From Clostridia bacterium (lineage in GTDB: Bacteria > Bacillota > Clostridia > UMGS1883): 64,000 nt of DNA. Every line of letters begins with the position of its first letter. Positions within the stretch are counted from its first letter, which is position 1. Positions 62,087 through 64,000 of the stretch are shown piece after piece. Where the stretch lies: the NCBI GenBank assembly GCA_030527235.1, contig JAUNBL010000004.1:13932-77931 (forward strand). The letters run 5' to 3'. The notes under the pieces are model-generated. The model had not been told where the DNA came from. It searched no databases and was given only the letters and a program-made list of their open reading frames with translations. The position numbers and the translations under genes are program-made.

Positions 62087-62641
62087 ATGGACGAAAAAGA
62101 TACTGTTCAAATGGCGGCAAATGGTGATGAATCGGCGTTTGAGAACTTAGTGCGGACGTATCAGAGCCGTGTATACGCGATATGCCTTTCTATGCTTAAG
62201 AACCCTGAGGATGCGGAGGATGCCGCACAGGAGGCTTTTGTGAAATGCTTTCGCTCCATGTCTGCGTTTCGGGGAGACAGCTCGTTTTACACGTGGCTGT
62301 GCCGACTTACGATGAATGTGTGTCTTGACGCGCTTAGGGCAAAGAAGGAAGCCGCAGCGGATATTGACGAGTGCTTTGACCTGGCAGATGAAAAGGAGGG
62401 CGTTGAGGACCGCGTCTTGCGCGAAGAGCGGCGACGAGTGGTGCGAAGCGCCATCGGCAAGCTTCCGGTTGATTTCAGAATGCCTCTCATTCTGCGCGAT
62501 ATGCAGTCTCTTTCCTATGAGGAGATAGGGAATGCGCTGGACTTAAGCTGCGGAACGGTGAAATCCCGTCTTTTCCGCGCGCGGGATAAACTGCGCGAGA
62601 TTCTTATGCAGTCGGAACTTTTCAACGAGAAAAACGTCTAA
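62087..62641 (+). CDS. ECF-type RNA polymerase sigma factor
   Basis: 184 aa. Region 2 is YQSRVYAICLSMLKNPEDAEDAAQEAFVK. Region 4 is LSYEEIGNALDLSCGTVKSRLFRARDKL. Confidence 0.85.
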   Translation: MDEKDTVQMAANGDESAFENLVRTYQSRVYAICLSMLKNPEDAEDAAQEAFVKCFRSMSAFRGDSSFYTWLCRLTMNVCLDALRAKKEAAADIDECFDLADEKEGVEDRVLREERRRVVRSAIGKLPVDFRMPLILRDMQSLSYEEIGNALDLSCGTVKSRLFRARDKLREILMQSELFNEKNV

Positions 62642-62665
62642 TGAATTGAAAGGAGGAGAGCGAAA

Positions 62666-63316
62666 ATGACTTGCGGTGAATTTTCAAACCTAATTTACGA
62701 TTATATAGACAACGGTCTTGACAGTGCGGCGAAGCAGTCTTTTGAAGAACATATGGAAAACTGTGCCGAGTGCAAAAAGCTCTTCCTTTCGGTTTCGGAA
62801 ATGCTCTCCCTGCTTGCGCGGGAAGGGGAGGCTGAACCTCCTAATGGCTTTACCGAGCGAGTGATGGGCAATATTAAAGAGAAAAAAGCCGTTGTAATTC
62901 CGTTTTGGAAGCGTGCGGCAGCTCTTGTGGCGGCAGTTTGTGTATGCGTTATCGGTGTAAGCGCGTTTTTTAACGTTTTGCCCGGTCAAAATACAACAGA
63001 GGAAATAGCCATGCAAGCCGTTCCAATAAGCGGCGGCCAAAGCGCGCCCAACGAAGCCGAATTGAAAAGCGGCTCGCGGTCTATTATGACGGAAAACGCT
63101 TTTGATGCCGCTACAGATGAGGATGCCACGGTTTTGCTCATAGACAAAAAATATGAAAGCTTTGAAAATCTGCCCCCGCTTGAAGGCGAAAGCGCGGCGG
63201 AAGCAATGGCAGCGCTCTCCGGAGCGCAGATTCCATTTGAAGTTTTCGGTTCCGGAAAGGGCTACAAAATAGAATTTATAGCGGGAGGCTTGGAAAATGA
63301 TTCGCCTTCCGAATAA
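62666..63316 (+). CDS. Anti-sigma factor (zf-HC2 type), single-pass membrane protein
   Basis: The HC2 zinc finger is HMENCAECKK. The TM segment is AALVAAVCVCVIGVSAFF. It lies directly downstream of the ECF sigma gene. Confidence 0.75.
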   Translation: MTCGEFSNLIYDYIDNGLDSAAKQSFEEHMENCAECKKLFLSVSEMLSLLAREGEAEPPNGFTERVMGNIKEKKAVVIPFWKRAAALVAAVCVCVIGVSAFFNVLPGQNTTEEIAMQAVPISGGQSAPNEAELKSGSRSIMTENAFDAATDEDATVLLIDKKYESFENLPPLEGESAAEAMAALSGAQIPFEVFGSGKGYKIEFIAGGLENDSPSE

Positions 63317-64000
63317 GGACTTCTCGCTTAAAGACACCTTTGAATGCGGCCAGTGCTTTCGCTGGGAGGAACGCGCTACCGGATACGTCGGTGTTGCCTT
63401 CAACGCCGCAGCGCATATTTTTGAGGATAACGGACAGATTTTTCTTGAGGGAACTCGAGAGGATTTCTGGGAAAATTATTTTGACCTCGACCGCGACTAC
63501 GGTAAAATTAAAAACGCCGTTTCGACAAACGACGTTATGCGTGCCGCCGTCCGTTACGGCGGCGGCATTCGTATTCTCCGACAGGATTTTTTCGAAACGC
63601 TGATTTCTTTTATAATTTCTCAACGCTCCTCCATTCCCAAAATAAAAAGTACCGTTCGCAAAATGTGTGAACGCTGGGGCGACAAGATAGAGTTTTACGG
63701 GGATACATATTTTGCGTTTCCTGCGCCGGAAGCGTTGGCCGGCGCGTCCGAAAGCGAACTGCGCTCTCTTGGCATGGGCTACCGCGCGCCATACGTTTTG
63801 TCGGCGGCACGCGCTTTTTGTGCAGGTTTTTTTTGCGACATTTATTCGCTTCCGACTCCTCTGGCGCGTCAAAAACTTCTCTCGCTTTATGGCGTAGGAG
63901 ATAAAGTGTGCGATTGCGTGCTGCTCTTTTCGCTCGCACGCTACGACATTTTTCCCAGCGACGTATGGATAAAAAGGGTGATGGAGGAAGAGTTCTCCGC
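63297..64000 (+). CDS. ogg: 8-oxoguanine DNA glycosylase/AP lyase (HhH-GPD superfamily); 3' end beyond the window
   Basis: The ORF is open-ended, so it is absent from the track. My translation starts at ATG 63297, after GGGAGG, and overlaps the anti-sigma gene by 20 nt. It reads MIRLPNKDFSLKDTFECGQCFRW...LYGVGDKVCDCVLLFSL, with the catalytic Lys in the HhH-GPD motif. Confidence 0.75.
   Translation, partial: MIRLPNKDFSLKDTFECGQCFRWEERATGYVGVAFNAAAHIFEDNGQIFLEGTREDFWENYFDLDRDYGKIKNAVSTNDVMRAAVRYGGGIRILRQDFFETLISFIISQRSSIPKIKSTVRKMCERWGDKIEFYGDTYFAFPAPEALAGASESELRSLGMGYRAPYVLSAARAFCAGFFCDIYSLPTPLARQKLLSLYGVGDKVCDCVLLFSLARYDIFPSDVWIKRVMEEEFS

Noticed and set aside
62690-63872. Minus-strand ORFs of 237 and 198 aa
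   Set aside because: They are antisense to the anti-sigma and ogg genes, both of which have clear motifs (zf-HC2 and HhH-GPD). I judge them spurious.
1-64000. Looked for CRISPR arrays, tRNA/rRNA genes, IS elements, integrases, prophage or known defence, toxin-antitoxin or reverse-transcriptase genes
   Set aside because: I found no regularly spaced repeats, no intergenic region of suitable size and structure for a tRNA, and no ORF with transposase, integrase, nuclease or RT-like motifs that I can recognise by eye. A profile search would be needed to exclude remote homologs.

Overview
This is a 64-kb, densely coding chromosomal segment. It looks like a spore-forming Clostridia-class Firmicute, an inference from three things: a FabK-type fab operon with a MarR/FabT-like regulator, an LL-diaminopimelate aminotransferase lysine route, and SpoIID, SpoIIQ-like and SpoVB-like genes. 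I call 56 CDS, two of them open-ended and therefore missing from the ORF track, plus one doubtful ORF. I saw no rRNA, tRNA, CRISPR array, transposase, integrase, phage gene or recognisable defence gene. Blocks: (1) 1-15.7 kb holds a minus-strand polysaccharide-utilisation operon with a divergent two-component system. The operon runs GH88, lipoprotein SBP, permease, GH1, permease, a 444-aa secreted unknown, a 1403-aa PL8 lyase and a second PL8 paralog. (2) 15.7-24.9 kb is a complete fab/acc operon. (3) 25.2-36.2 kb is a nitrogen block: glnA, ANTAR pseudo-receiver, PII and amt, then dapF and dapL, then a five-gene split archaeal-type glutamate synthase. (4) Next come cysK, two small membrane proteins, mgtE behind a terminator-containing leader, and a SpoVB/MurJ-like flippase. 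(5) Two paralogous secreted proteins carry copper-amine-oxidase-N and ricin-lectin domains. (6) An asd-dapA-dapB operon ends in a stand-alone ACT protein. (7) A SpoIID/LytB-like gene and queA follow. (8) A 1908-aa multidomain GH95 enzyme sits beside an AraC regulator. (9) The last block holds galE, spoIID, an M23 (SpoIIQ-like) peptidase, trxB, an amidohydrolase, an ECF sigma/anti-sigma pair and ogg (open-ended). I did not find an obviously new multi-gene system such as a defence or toxin system. Seven parts are the least explained. They are the PL8 locus, whose substrate I cannot assign; a 262-bp perfect identity tract between its two lyase paralogs; a C-terminal module shared by three secreted proteins; a PDZ-like insert in the GH95 enzyme; the mgtE leader, which does not look like a canonical M-box; a pseudo-receiver ANTAR regulator; and an unassigned structured element between the fab and glnA promoters. 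All family calls come from motif reading by eye. No searches were run.
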